64,000 bases of DNA from an uncultured Solirubrobacteraceae bacterium (GCA_964588985.1 CAZPQW010000001.1:192001-256000); one strand, 5' to 3'. Counted from the stretch's first letter, positions 1-10,650 are shown. Notes: generated by a model from the letters alone, not told the origin. Numbers and translations are program-made.

Positions 1-855
1 TTGCAGCAGCGCCGGGTTCGTACCGCCGACCGAATGGCCATGTACGTATACGGTGCTGTGTGCCCAAAGCTGGGTGAGAAGCCGTTGATCGTCGACGTGG
101 CCGAGCCACGAGACACGTCCCGCCGCCTCCAGCTGCCGCAGACGTCCTTCGATCGGCGAGTCGAAGTTGGCGCTGCCCACGATCACCGCCTGTGGCGCCT
201 CATCGCCCAGCAGCTCGAGCGCGTCCAACGTCAGGTCCACGTTGTTCTCGGGCGCCAGACGAGCGACAACCAGCAGATAGGGCTTGACCCCAAGGCCCAT
301 GGCGTCCAGCCTGTCGCGGCCCACGTCGCTCAGCACCGAGGCGCCGTACGGGATGAAGGTCGAGTCACGACCGAAGATCTTCTTCCAGACGTCCCCGATC
401 GCGCGAGAGTCGCAGATCAGCGCGTTTGCGTTACGAGCGGTCATCCATGCCCCCGCCCGAAACGTGGCGCGGCCAAGGCGGCTCCACTTACCGCGCTCCC
501 ACTCGATTCCGTCCGTGTTGACAGCGAACGGCGTGCGAGCCAGACGAAGCATGGGAAACCAGAATCCATTGGCGATGTTGAGAACCAGTATCGAGTCGAA
601 GCGGCGAAAGCTCGCATCGAGCGTCGCGGTCATGCCAAAGGAAAGCGTCGAGAAGGACTTGGTATCGCGTCCCGGCGTTGCGATGCATCGCACGTCCTCA
701 GTGATCGAAATCCGCCGACCGTCGTCGCGCGTGCGGCAGTAGACCGTGACTTCGTGCCCGGAGCGGACCAGGTGCGGAGCCAGGTGTCGAACGAGGGTCT
801 CATAGCCCCCATAGGTGCTCGGAAAGCCACGGCTGCCGATGATCGCGAGCTTCAT
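1..855 (-). CDS. DUF1972-containing GT4 glycosyltransferase (RgpA/Cps2T-like); 3' end runs off the window
   Basis: Not in the ORF track; hand translation from ATG at 855 gives MKLAIIGSRGFPSTYGGYETLVRHLAPHLVRSGHEVTVYCR, and the window edge reads YVHGHSVGGTNPALLQ; both are typical motifs of this family. Confidence 0.85.
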   Translation of the reverse strand, partial: MKLAIIGSRGFPSTYGGYETLVRHLAPHLVRSGHEVTVYCRTRDDGRRISITEDVRCIATPGRDTKSFSTLSFGMTATLDASFRRFDSILVLNIANGFWFPMLRLARTPFAVNTDGIEWERGKWSRLGRATFRAGAWMTARNANALICDSRAIGDVWKKIFGRDSTFIPYGASVLSDVGRDRLDAMGLGVKPYLLVVARLAPENNVDLTLDALELLGDEAPQAVIVGSANFDSPIEGRLRQLEAAGRVSWLGHVDDQRLLTQLWAHSTVYVHGHSVGGTNPALLQ

Positions 856-1377
856 GGAAGATGGGGAGGGAACAATGGGATGACGAAGCCGTCGTTGCTG
901 GCTGACCTAAGGATGAGAGACCGCGGATCCTACCGCGCAAAGGCTCTTAGGTCGTCTGCCGCCGCCAATCGTGGTGCGGCCGTCGACGGCATACCACGTG
1001 GCCAAACCCCGTGATTTCGGATGCCTGGACTCGTGCTCGACCCACCCGGCAAGCCCCATCGATGGCCAGCCATGGCGCACTCCTGGATGGCTTCGGGACG
1101 GATCGTGGATCGCGTGTCGATCCGCACCGGCGACAGCGGGCAGCGATCGCCGGCCGGCCGCGCATGAGCTCGGGATGAGCGGCCGCAGAGGCGCGTCCGA
1201 CTACGCCGACGACCCGCCAACCACATATCGGGTCGCGATGCGGTTGCTGTCGTGTGAACGGGCTCGCGTCCTCTGTGAGCACTGTTAAATAAAAACACCC
1301 TGAAACAGATGGTGATACCATCGCGCTCCATGGGGCGTGTGAGAAGGACCGGTTAGACGAGTGCCTCGTACGAACGC

Positions 1378-2508
1378 ATGAGGGTCCTGCTGCAGGGACG
1401 CTCATCTCGAAGTATCGCCGTGAACCCGGGAGGGGATCAGGTCCAGCTCGACGCCACCGCGGATGCGCTTCGAACTACAAAGGGCGTCGATGCACATGTC
1501 TCGGCCGAGGTCGCCCCGGATCTAACCGGCTTCGACGCCGTTCACCTATTCGGGCTGGTGCGGCCGCAGGAGACCTGGATGCAGGCGAGGAATGCGCATC
1601 GGCAGGGCAAGCCGATAGTTCTCTCCACTGTTTATTGCGACGTTTGGGAGTTTGAGCGAGTGGCGCGCACGGGTCCTGTGGGTTGGATCGCGCGTCACTC
1701 CAATCGCGATATCATGGAGGCATTGAAGGCGGCGGGTCGCGGGCTCAACAGTCGCGAGTGGAGCAGCGGCTCGACAGCGCTGTTCATTCGGCGCTTCACG
1801 CGTATGCAGAGAGAGTTGATAGCGATGTCGTCCTCGTTGCTGCCGAATTCACACTCCGAGTGGTTGCGTATAGCCGACGATCTCGGATTCGACCGGACCG
1901 ATGGGCGCGTGACCGTCGTTCCGAATGGCTTCGACGCCGACGCTTGGAATTCCGTCGCGGTCGGCGGATCTCCTCCGGACCATCTCGCGCAGCTCGAGAA
2001 TTGCGTGCTGTGCGTCGCTCGCATCGAGGGCAGGAAGAACCAGTTGAACCTGATAGAGGCGGTCCGCGACACCGACATGACACTCGTCCTCGCCGGTCCG
2101 GCGACCGCGAATCAGAGCCGCTATGTTCGACGGGTCAGGGAAGCGGCCGCGTCGGCAAGCAACGTACACATGCTTGGAGAGGTCACAGCCGAGGAAAAGG
2201 CCTGGCTCTACGCGGTGGCCGGCGTGCATGTCCTGCCGAGTTGGATGGAGACGACGGGGCTCTCTTCACTGGAAGCCGCGGTCGCCGGCTGTGCGATCGT
2301 CGTCTCACCGAATGGCGATACCCGCGAGTACTTCGTCGATGACGCCGAGTACTGCGACCCCGCGGATCCGTTGTCGATCCGTGCGGCGATCCTCAGGTCG
2401 CGCGAACGTGGCCCGAGCCCCGAGCTCATGCGCCGCATTCGAACCGAGTACACATGGGAGCGGGCGGCCGATGCCACCTACCGTGCGTATAGCGACGTCA
2501 TCGCCTGA
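1378..2508 (+). CDS. Glycosyltransferase family 4
   Basis: N-terminal GGDQVQ, VARIEGRKNQ, and ETTGLSSLEA (EX7E) motif. Confidence 0.9.
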   Translation: MRVLLQGRSSRSIAVNPGGDQVQLDATADALRTTKGVDAHVSAEVAPDLTGFDAVHLFGLVRPQETWMQARNAHRQGKPIVLSTVYCDVWEFERVARTGPVGWIARHSNRDIMEALKAAGRGLNSREWSSGSTALFIRRFTRMQRELIAMSSSLLPNSHSEWLRIADDLGFDRTDGRVTVVPNGFDADAWNSVAVGGSPPDHLAQLENCVLCVARIEGRKNQLNLIEAVRDTDMTLVLAGPATANQSRYVRRVREAAASASNVHMLGEVTAEEKAWLYAVAGVHVLPSWMETTGLSSLEAAVAGCAIVVSPNGDTREYFVDDAEYCDPADPLSIRAAILRSRERGPSPELMRRIRTEYTWERAADATYRAYSDVIA

Positions 2509-2537
2509 CCTTCCGCGCGCAGAGCCAGATCAGGCAC

Positions 2538-3416
2538 TCACGACAGCTCGCGCAGCGGCTTGCCGCTGATCACGTCGTCGTAGGCGACCTTTGGGAAGAT
2601 CGTGAGCTTGCCACCGACGGTAGCGTCGACGATGACGCGTCCGGCGCGCTCGTAAGCGCGTCGTGTCTCAGCGTACGCCGCCTCCATCTGCTGCCAATCT
2701 GGCAGCTGCCACTTGACGCCCTTGCCGAAGTAGCCGGGCGTGAAGTGATTCGGGTCATCGCCATGAGATACGACCACCGCCGGTCGCAGGTCGTCGGCGT
2801 CCTGCGGAAGCGTCTCGGCAGCAACGATTCCCGTCTCGACGAACGCGTGATCCACGCCGATGAGGATGACCTCGGAGAAGCCGAAGTAATAGGCAAGCTG
2901 CATGGAGAAGTGGGTCACGGTCGCACCTTCGTAAAAGCCCCAGCGAGTCGGGTGCGTGCCGAAGTGCGGCCCGCGACGGGCCAGGAACGCCGTCACGGTT
3001 CTCGGCAGATCCTGAAATCTTGCGTACTTGTGGCTCATGAACACCTCGCACGGCGTTTGGGCCATCTCCTGTCCAAACTGTTCAATTATCTCCACTGCAA
3101 TCGCAGACAGGAAGGTCGTATGAAATCCGAGATCCTCGAACGCGAGGTAGATTCGGTTGGCCCCGAAAGTGTATTCGTCCGCGAGTGGAGACAGGTCCAT
3201 GTTCTTCAGGCTCGGCCCATTGCCGATGATGAACGCACGCTTGCCCCAATGGCGATCGCGCATGCCGACCAGACGCTGCGCCGATTCCCTGCCCCAAGGC
3301 GATCTCAGGTACGACGACAGGAGAAACGAATCGTCGAATGCTCCTCCGACGCGCGCTGGAAGCTCGGAGCCGACGGCCGCGCGGGCTACACCCGCTACTT
3401 TCTTTCTCAATGTCAT
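2538..3416 (-). CDS. DUF115 / Maf-MptE-like putative glycosyltransferase
   Basis: AFIIGNGPSL and TVTHFSMQLAYYFGFSEVILIGVDH motifs. Confidence 0.8.
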   Translation of the reverse strand: MTLRKKVAGVARAAVGSELPARVGGAFDDSFLLSSYLRSPWGRESAQRLVGMRDRHWGKRAFIIGNGPSLKNMDLSPLADEYTFGANRIYLAFEDLGFHTTFLSAIAVEIIEQFGQEMAQTPCEVFMSHKYARFQDLPRTVTAFLARRGPHFGTHPTRWGFYEGATVTHFSMQLAYYFGFSEVILIGVDHAFVETGIVAAETLPQDADDLRPAVVVSHGDDPNHFTPGYFGKGVKWQLPDWQQMEAAYAETRRAYERAGRVIVDATVGGKLTIFPKVAYDDVISGKPLRELS

Positions 3417-3541
3417 CAGCGGTCAGACCTCCGGTGGCTCGCGGGTGCGCGTTGGCAAGCTCCGGCCCTGTCGGCGGAACTGGCCACGTAGGCTAGCGAG
3501 TCGCGTCCCGAGCAGCCTGCTCCCCGGGGGCCGTCGTCTGC

Positions 3542-4501
3542 GTGAAACGTGTGCAGTCGATGGGTTCCCGTGTACCCTTATCGGCGATGATGACCGGGAA
3601 GACCGTGATCGGCATAGCAACCGGTGGACGCCACGAGGAACTTCGCCGGCTTCTCGACGCGCTGGCAGCCGATTACGGATATCGAGAAGATGTGTACCTG
3701 CTTGTGGTTGACAATAGCGCGGATGCCGGCTCACGTTCCGTCTTCGACGAGTGCAGCGTCGGCTTCGGGGAGCGGTGCCTCTATGTGCACGAGCCCAAGC
3801 GCGGCTACGCGGCGGCTCGCAACGCGGTGATCCGCAACGTCGACGGCGCGCGGGCGCTGGCGCTCATCGATGACGACGAGGTCCCGGAGTCCGGTTGGCT
3901 CGACAGCCTGCTCGAGGCTCAGCGCCGCACCGGAGCCGACGTGGTCGCCGGTCCCGTGATCAGCATCTACCCGCCGGGCGTCCCGGACTGGTACGAGAAG
4001 AGCGGGGTATTCACGATGGAGGCTCCGGACTTTCCGGAAGGGCATGAGATGCCCTGGTGCGCCACGAACAACACCCTGATCACTCCGCGGGTCCTGGAGG
4101 CGGTGCCGGAGGGCTTCGACGACCGCTTCAACACGATGAGCGGCGAGGACAGTCACTTCTTTCTGCTCGCTCGACTCCGCGGCTGCCGGCTCGTGTGGAC
4201 CCGCACAGCGGTGGTCCGTGAGTATCTTCAGCTGGCCAGGTTCAACCGGAGGTGGATCTTCAAGCGCGCCATGCGCAGCGGGAACACGCGGGCGCTCATC
4301 GAGCGACAGCTCATCGGGGGAGCTCGGATCACATTGGTCCGAGGGTTCAAGGCCGCCGGCCTGCTCGTACTGGGATCCGCATCGGCCATCGTCGCCGCCG
4401 TCCGTCGGGACCGGGCGCTCAGCCTGCGCGCAATCCACAGGATCGGGCTCGGTTGCGGGATGGTGCTCGCATTCGTCTTCTCCGACCCATGGAAACCATA
4501 G
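3542..4501 (+). CDS. Glycosyltransferase family 2 (ExoM-like); start may be slightly downstream
   Basis: VVDN, GYAAARN, IDDDE (DxD) and GEDSHF motifs; hydrophobic C-terminus. Confidence 0.85.
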   Translation: MKRVQSMGSRVPLSAMMTGKTVIGIATGGRHEELRRLLDALAADYGYREDVYLLVVDNSADAGSRSVFDECSVGFGERCLYVHEPKRGYAAARNAVIRNVDGARALALIDDDEVPESGWLDSLLEAQRRTGADVVAGPVISIYPPGVPDWYEKSGVFTMEAPDFPEGHEMPWCATNNTLITPRVLEAVPEGFDDRFNTMSGEDSHFFLLARLRGCRLVWTRTAVVREYLQLARFNRRWIFKRAMRSGNTRALIERQLIGGARITLVRGFKAAGLLVLGSASAIVAAVRRDRALSLRAIHRIGLGCGMVLAFVFSDPWKP

Positions 4502-4527
4502 GTTGCGCGGGAGCCGATTGCCTCAGC

Positions 4528-6087
4528 TCACTTGCGGAACGTCATGACAATGGCGCTCGAAGGCGCAAGCGCGACCCGAAAGGCTCCACCGAGCTTGGGA
4601 ATCGCCGTTCCGGTTGATCGCCGCCCAAAAGTCACACCGCTGGTCGCGCTGATCGAGGGGCCCGTCAAACGCTTGCCCGTGGCTTTGCTGTAGCCCGACA
4701 TTCTCACGGCGAAATCAGTCACACCTTCGGTGGCGAAGTTGTCGATCGCCAGGGTTGTCACACCGTTAGAGTGCGTCGTCGCATACGCGGTGAAGTCTTC
4801 TGGTGTGCCCTGTTCGCCGATATCGACTGGGATGAAGCGCCCGCCCTCGAGCTGTCGAGCGGCCAGCAGGCCAAAGTACTCCGGGCGGGGAGCGACTCGT
4901 CCGCGCGCCTCCGCGGTTCTGCTGGGCGCACACATGGGACTGAAGGAGGCCGGCGTGCAAAGTCCAAAGGAACCATGGAAGTTGAGTCCGGTGACTCCGG
5001 CGCTGGCGGCGCGCAACACCCAGTCGAAGGCCCACAGCGCGCTTGCGAACACAGGGCTTGTGGCGGGGCCGCCGCCCGTGTTGCAGGAGGTGGTCGTGTT
5101 CGTCTCACTGATGCGAGCTTCGCGGTGGGCGGCCTGGCCCGCGGCGACAAGCATCTCGAGCATGGAGGTCTCCTGCTGGCGAACTTCTGGGGAGAGGAGA
5201 TCGATCGCGGTGGGCATGGCCGTGGCTTTGCAAGCACCGCGAGCGACACTGTACGTAGTGGGGTAGTAGTGCTCGGTCAGCGCCGCAAACGGCGCCGGTG
5301 AGTTTGAGGTAATCGCAGTCAACCAGCTGGACGTGGAAAGCTCTGGGCCATATAGCCGGATTCCGGGTGAGGCGGCATGGATCGCAGTGCTGTATGCCGA
5401 GAGTTCTTCGAGATAGGTGCCGACGCTGTAGGAGCTGTCGCGGAGGCCGATCGAGGGAGTGCTGTAGCCATTGGGCTCGTTCCCGATCTCGATGCCCAGT
5501 AGACGCGAGCCCACGACGTGCCTCGCGACGCGAGCCTCGCTTGCCGCTCGCGTGGGGTCGAAATGGCCGAGGTCGACGCCGATGATCGCCCGCCAACCGG
5601 TTGCTTCCAACAGCCTGCGAAGGGCGCTTAGATCTGAAGGGGTGATCACGTTTGTGGCCCACGCTGGCGCTGCTTCGCGGTCGCTGGTCCACCACGAGGT
5701 GTCGAGTGAATTGCCGCCGATCCGAAGCACTCCTGGACCGAGCAGTCGCATGAGCGCTACGAGCGACCTGTGGCCGGCGCTCATGTTACGGGTTGTGAGC
5801 TGGGCGACCTCCACGGACAGGCCGATTGCGCCTGACACGAATCTCTTTCCCGGATGCGCGGATTCGACGGTCAAAGTTACGCGCCGCGCGGCGCTCTCGG
5901 TGGCGCGATGGGTGTGGTCGAGACCTCGTACCGGTGCGTGAGCCAAGCGGGCGGATCGAGACCCGTGCGGGAGCGCCACGCCGAGGCTTGACAGCAGCAG
6001 GATCATCGCCGCGGACGCGACCACCAGTGCTAGTGAGGCTCGCAGGCGAGTCCGTAGCGCTGAATGACGCTCAGGTTGCGTGAGCAC
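4528..6087 (-). CDS. Secreted glycoside hydrolase family 79-like protein (beta-glucuronidase/heparanase family)
   Basis: N-terminal signal/TM segment; LRIGGNS, EIGNEPN (acid/base), RISETN (nucleophile), ALWAFDW, GLNFHG and RPEYFGLL. Confidence 0.75.
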   Translation of the reverse strand: MLTQPERHSALRTRLRASLALVVASAAMILLLSSLGVALPHGSRSARLAHAPVRGLDHTHRATESAARRVTLTVESAHPGKRFVSGAIGLSVEVAQLTTRNMSAGHRSLVALMRLLGPGVLRIGGNSLDTSWWTSDREAAPAWATNVITPSDLSALRRLLEATGWRAIIGVDLGHFDPTRAASEARVARHVVGSRLLGIEIGNEPNGYSTPSIGLRDSSYSVGTYLEELSAYSTAIHAASPGIRLYGPELSTSSWLTAITSNSPAPFAALTEHYYPTTYSVARGACKATAMPTAIDLLSPEVRQQETSMLEMLVAAGQAAHREARISETNTTTSCNTGGGPATSPVFASALWAFDWVLRAASAGVTGLNFHGSFGLCTPASFSPMCAPSRTAEARGRVAPRPEYFGLLAARQLEGGRFIPVDIGEQGTPEDFTAYATTHSNGVTTLAIDNFATEGVTDFAVRMSGYSKATGKRLTGPSISATSGVTFGRRSTGTAIPKLGGAFRVALAPSSAIVMTFRK

Positions 6088-6271
6088 GAAGGATTGCGTA
6101 GATGCGAAGAATATGACGATTCACAACGGCACGCGCCGTTTGACAAGAGCGCATTGTGTGGCTCGAAGGCGCTCGGGCAGGAGCGTGAGGCGTTGCGACG
6201 TGCTTGCTGTATAGTGCGCCGTCCGGTATTGTACGGAACTTGCACATGGATGCGGCGAGTAGGATGACCTG

Positions 6272-7882
6272 ATGGGCTCTGAGCGGCCAAGCCTAAGTAT
6301 TGAGCAGGTTCTGGGCGTCCTTCGACGTCGCGCGTCATGGATCTTGCTGTGCGTTGTTCTCGCCGCGGCGGCGTCCTACGGCTTCTCGAAGCAGCAGACC
6401 AAGAAGTACAAGGCGACCGCTTCCGTCTCTTTCAGCAACAACCCGCTCGGTCAGCAGATCGCCGGCCTATCTTCGGGCGGCGGCAGCAACAACAGTGTGC
6501 TTGTTCAGCAGGACAACGACCTGGAACTCCTCAGTCTTGGCGACATGGCGGCGAAGACCGCAAGTCTGCTCGGGCATGGCTTGACCGAGGAAAAGGTCAG
6601 CTCGATCGTGAGCATAAGCGGCAAAGGAGAATCGAGCATCTTCGCCGTCGCGGCGACCTACACGTCTCCGGGGGCAGCCGCCGAGATCGCGAACACCTAC
6701 GCGCGGCAGTTCGTCAAAGAGCAGCAGACCGCCAACCGTCAGTTCTTCAAGTCCGCGCTTGCGCTCGTCAAGAAGCAGCTGTCTGCATTGTCACCGGTGC
6801 AGAGGATCGGCTCAGACGGACTTGATCTCGTGAACCGCGCTCACACGTTGGCCCTTCTTGCCGCCCTGGGCTACAACAGCGTCGAGTTGGCCCAGGAAGC
6901 TGGGGTGCCTACGAGTCCGTCCACCCCGAAGACCAAAAGGAACACCGGATTGGGCGCGGTCTTGGGCTTGTTGCTCGGCCTGGGCATCGCCTTCCTCCTG
7001 GAGCGCTTCGATCGTCGGATCAGGGAGCTCGAGGAGCTGGAGGAGATCTATCGCCTGCCCATGCTCGGCATCGTCCCGAAGAGCGCTGCGCTCGCACGAT
7101 CCGCTACGCACGATGGGAGGGGCAAAGGCGCAGCTCTGCCGCCCGCGGAGGCGGAGGCGTTCAGTCTGATCCGCGCTCACCTGCGGTTCTTCAACGTGGA
7201 TCGAGACGTGCGCACGATCGTGATCGCATCGCCTGCGCCAGGCGACGGCAAGACGACGATCGCTCGCCATCTGGCCGAGGCGGCTGCAAGATCGGGGTCG
7301 CAGGTGCTGCTTCTGGAGGTGGATTTGCGGCAGCCGACGCTCGCCAGGCAGTTCGGCATCGACGCCGGACCAGGCCTCGCCGGCGTGCTGATCGGCGCCA
7401 TCTCGATGAACGAGGCCACTCAGTCGGTGGCGGTGCAGGCGCCTTCTGGCGAGGGCGTCCAGGGGCGAACGCTCGATGTGCTCGCCGCCGGCACGGTATT
7501 GCCGCCCAACCCGGGTGAGCTGCTCGAGAGCCACGCAATGAGCGTCGTGCTTGAGCAGGCAAAGTCCGTATACGACCTCGTCGTCATCGACACGCCGCCT
7601 CTCACCGCGGTATCGGATGCGTTCCCGCTGCTCATGAAGGTCGACGGTGTCGTCATCGTCGGCCGAGTCGGGCGCAGCCGGCGCGACGCCGCGGAGCAGC
7701 TCCACCAGGTTCTCTCGAGCAGTGGCGCGCCGCTGCTCGGAGTCATCGCCAACGGCTCGAAGTCGGGCAGTCTCAGTCCCTACCCCGGGCCCGGGGGAAG
7801 TGGCAAGTCGTCTTCTGCCGTCGCCTCGGTCAACGGTGCCTCTTCGTCATCCGAGCAGCTCACCCCGAGCGCCAGGATCTGA
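6272..7882 (+). CDS. Wzc/CpsCD-type polysaccharide co-polymerase with BY-kinase domain
   Basis: Two TM helices flanking an extracellular Wzz-like domain; SPAPGDGKTT Walker A, EVDLRQP Walker A', PPNPGELL, VVIDTPP Walker B. Confidence 0.9.
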   Translation: MGSERPSLSIEQVLGVLRRRASWILLCVVLAAAASYGFSKQQTKKYKATASVSFSNNPLGQQIAGLSSGGGSNNSVLVQQDNDLELLSLGDMAAKTASLLGHGLTEEKVSSIVSISGKGESSIFAVAATYTSPGAAAEIANTYARQFVKEQQTANRQFFKSALALVKKQLSALSPVQRIGSDGLDLVNRAHTLALLAALGYNSVELAQEAGVPTSPSTPKTKRNTGLGAVLGLLLGLGIAFLLERFDRRIRELEELEEIYRLPMLGIVPKSAALARSATHDGRGKGAALPPAEAEAFSLIRAHLRFFNVDRDVRTIVIASPAPGDGKTTIARHLAEAAARSGSQVLLLEVDLRQPTLARQFGIDAGPGLAGVLIGAISMNEATQSVAVQAPSGEGVQGRTLDVLAAGTVLPPNPGELLESHAMSVVLEQAKSVYDLVVIDTPPLTAVSDAFPLLMKVDGVVIVGRVGRSRRDAAEQLHQVLSSSGAPLLGVIANGSKSGSLSPYPGPGGSGKSSSAVASVNGASSSSEQLTPSARI

Positions 7883-7909
7883 CTCGACGCACTTTCGGAG
7901 CCCGTCGGC

Positions 7910-8788
7910 TCAAGGGCAAATTCCGCCTGTAGAGGGCCGGTCCGGTTGTGAGACGACCGCGAATCTCGTCAGGTCGTCGTAGAGGGCGACAGCCTCGTCA
8001 TCTTCGACAAGATCTCTCCAGTCGTCGGTTCGCGATCTGACGAGGCGATCTTCAAAGAAGTTAGCCGCGACGTCGTCGCTGTAGCCGTGGTGACGTGTGC
8101 AGCGAATCACCTGATCGGCGAAGTCGGGGCTATCGAATAGCGCTATCGGACAGTCATGGCTCTGCGCAAAGCCCAGCAGCGCTCGGTTGTAGGTCTTCCA
8201 GAGGGCGATGGCCTGCCGGTTCGTCATCGGCTCGCCACGCCGCACCAGCGATTCGGCGACATCGATCGGGTTCCGAACGGTCGCCATCGGATTGATCGAC
8301 ACGCCATCCCACAGATCGAGCATGAGGAGCATTCTCGGGTCCTTCAATACGCATCGTCTCCCGGCGCACTGACTGATGATGCGGTTTCGATCCGCCATGT
8401 GGGCCTTGAGATATTTGACCGCGGTCTTTGGCGGTTCGCGCCACGATGACGCGTTCACCTGAAGCACTCGGTTAGTAAGCGCCGTCAGCTCGACCGGCTC
8501 GCGTGTGCCCCGCTTGTTGTCGCCGGTCCCGTCGGAGGCGACCGTTCCAGGCACCGTGAAGCCAAGGTCCTCGAGAATCCCGACGGCCGCAGACGTGCCG
8601 CTCCGGTGCATACCGAAAACGACGAGAACGGGGTCGTGTGGTGGGGCATCGGACTTCGGGGCTCGATACCGCAATCGCCACGCAGCTCGCTGCAGGGCAT
8701 ATCCAGAGAGCCGTAGCCGTTCGTTGAGCGAGGTGGGCTGGTCGGTATATGGAAATGAGCCTCGTGGAGACTGCACGGGCTGCGGCAT
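7910..8788 (-). CDS. Sulfotransferase family protein
   Basis: VFGMHRSGTS PAPS-binding loop, LKDPR, VRNPIDVAESL; start set at ATG 8788, which overlaps the ABC stop (TGATG). Confidence 0.8.
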   Translation of the reverse strand: MPQPVQSPRGSFPYTDQPTSLNERLRLSGYALQRAAWRLRYRAPKSDAPPHDPVLVVFGMHRSGTSAAVGILEDLGFTVPGTVASDGTGDNKRGTREPVELTALTNRVLQVNASSWREPPKTAVKYLKAHMADRNRIISQCAGRRCVLKDPRMLLMLDLWDGVSINPMATVRNPIDVAESLVRRGEPMTNRQAIALWKTYNRALLGFAQSHDCPIALFDSPDFADQVIRCTRHHGYSDDVAANFFEDRLVRSRTDDWRDLVEDDEAVALYDDLTRFAVVSQPDRPSTGGICP

Positions 8789-10650
8789 CAAACCGGATCC
8801 CGGCCGGGTGCTCCCGTGGCTACAGTCGTTGCGGAGCGGTAGTAAGGGTTGGTTTGCTCCAGCTGCGTGATGGTGTCGAAAGCGTTCAGGTGGCCGTCGA
8901 GAATCACCATTACCCGGTCGCACATGTCGAGCGTAGACATGCGATGCGCGATGATGAATAGCGTGACCTTGTGCTTGAGCGCGGTCAGGGACTCCTGTAT
9001 GAGGACCTCCGAGCGTGGGTCGAGTGCACTGGTGGGCTCGTCCAAGATCAGGATTTCCGGTTGGGCGGCGAGTGCACGCGCCAGACAGATCCTCTGCTGT
9101 TGTCCGCCTGAGACCGCGTCTGCTCGAGGCCCGACGATCGTCTCATAGCCGTTCGGCCAACTCGCTATGTCCTCATGGATCCGGGCGAGTGTGGCAGCCC
9201 GAATCACAGCGTCATCGTCGAGGTCGCGGAAGTACCGTATGTTCTCCGCCACGGTCGCATGCACGAGGCGGGGTTCCTGCGGTACATATGCAACGCGCGA
9301 GTGCCAGTCGTCCTGACGGAACTGCTCGACGGGTACGTTGTTGATGAGATATCGCCCCGCGTCTGGTGCGCGCAGGTTCAGCAAGATCTGGACCAGCGTC
9401 GACTTTCCTGCACCTGATGGACCGATCACACCAACGGCCTCGCTTCCACGGGCCTCGAAGGTGATATCGGACAGCACGGGCCGGCCTGGTTGGTAAGCGA
9501 ACGACACGTGCTCGAACTTCAAGGTCAGCACTTTCTGCATCGGCAACGAGCCGCTTGCTCGACTGCTTGCCGAATAGCGCTGCTCGGCCTCATCCAGGCG
9601 CTCGATGAACGGGGCGGCCTGACGAACGAATGTGTAGGAGCCCTGGATCTGCTGACCGTAGAGGCCGGCCCGCACGAGCAGCAGGACCACCGCTCCCAGC
9701 GATGCCACGTGGCTGCTTCCGGCCTCGTACAGAACGCCAAGACCCCCAACGAGGACCAGGTAGACCAAGCTCTGATAGACGTTTGGAATCAGGCGGGCGA
9801 CGAACTGTGTGCGAAAAAACAGATCCTGAGCGATGGCGACGAAGCCATTGATGCGGCTGCGCTGAGCGTCGGCCACCCCGAATACCCGGGTCTCTTCGAT
9901 CACCCGATTGGCCTCGCTGACCCCACCGGCGTAGGACATCTGCGCCTGCGACAGCGACCTCGAATGCCGAGCGCCCATTGCGTTTATCGGTCGCAGAAGA
10001 GAGAAGAGCAGGATGGCGGCCGCGAGTACGACGATGGCGGCCACGATGTTCAGGGCCAGCGCCGAGACGACCAGAACGGCGAAGGTGAAAAGCGAGGAGA
10101 TCAACGTCGTCGCCTGGAGCGCTCCCTGGCTGGCCTGCATAATCTGACTTGTCATGATCTCCTGCAGATGTCCCTCGCGGTCGCGCGACTGCATCTCCCA
10201 GGAGGCGTCGGTGAAAGACTCGAACATGCGTCTACGCAGGCGCCCCTGCACTTCGGCGGCGATGCGCGCGGGAAGCCACGAGATCAATACTTGAAGCGCG
10301 ATGCGAACGACGGCTAGGGCGAACGCGATGGCCAGCAGGGCGCCGACCGACGCGTTTGCATGCAGCGGCCCGATTTCAAGATGAACTCGCGTAACCCTGT
10401 TGACGAGTGTCGTCGCCACCTGGGCCACGATCGCGAGGACGCCGGCTTCGGCGAACCCCGAGATCACCGAGCCGATCGCCAGTGCCACGATCGACCGGCG
10501 CCGATCGCCGAGCAGCGGGCGCAACTGCGACCACACCGACAACCGCAGTGGTGTTGTCACAGGTTCGGACGGTCCAAGAGGTCTGGTTCCGGGATCCACC
10601 CGCGAGCGGAACGCAGCCCATCTCTTGCGGCCAATCGTGTCGTCAGCCAT
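8788..10650 (-). CDS. ABC exporter, fused TMD-NBD (MsbA/PglK-like)
   Basis: Multiple TM helices; GPSGAGKST, VSGGQQQR, ILDEPTSALD, IAHR. Confidence 0.92.
   Translation of the reverse strand: MADDTIGRKRWAAFRSRVDPGTRPLGPSEPVTTPLRLSVWSQLRPLLGDRRRSIVALAIGSVISGFAEAGVLAIVAQVATTLVNRVTRVHLEIGPLHANASVGALLAIAFALAVVRIALQVLISWLPARIAAEVQGRLRRRMFESFTDASWEMQSRDREGHLQEIMTSQIMQASQGALQATTLISSLFTFAVLVVSALALNIVAAIVVLAAAILLFSLLRPINAMGARHSRSLSQAQMSYAGGVSEANRVIEETRVFGVADAQRSRINGFVAIAQDLFFRTQFVARLIPNVYQSLVYLVLVGGLGVLYEAGSSHVASLGAVVLLLVRAGLYGQQIQGSYTFVRQAAPFIERLDEAEQRYSASSRASGSLPMQKVLTLKFEHVSFAYQPGRPVLSDITFEARGSEAVGVIGPSGAGKSTLVQILLNLRAPDAGRYLINNVPVEQFRQDDWHSRVAYVPQEPRLVHATVAENIRYFRDLDDDAVIRAATLARIHEDIASWPNGYETIVGPRADAVSGGQQQRICLARALAAQPEILILDEPTSALDPRSEVLIQESLTALKHKVTLFIIAHRMSTLDMCDRVMVILDGHLNAFDTITQLEQTNPYYRSATTVATGAPGRDPV

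Noticed and set aside
1-1014. 337-aa plus-strand ORF
   Set aside because: Antisense shadow of the minus-strand glycosyltransferase; no recognisable motifs
856-1377. Several overlapping ORFs, or a second lasso precursor, in the long intergenic region
   Set aside because: No convincing YxxP/Thr-2 leader or coding signature seen; more likely a divergent promoter region with an AT-rich patch near 1283-1296
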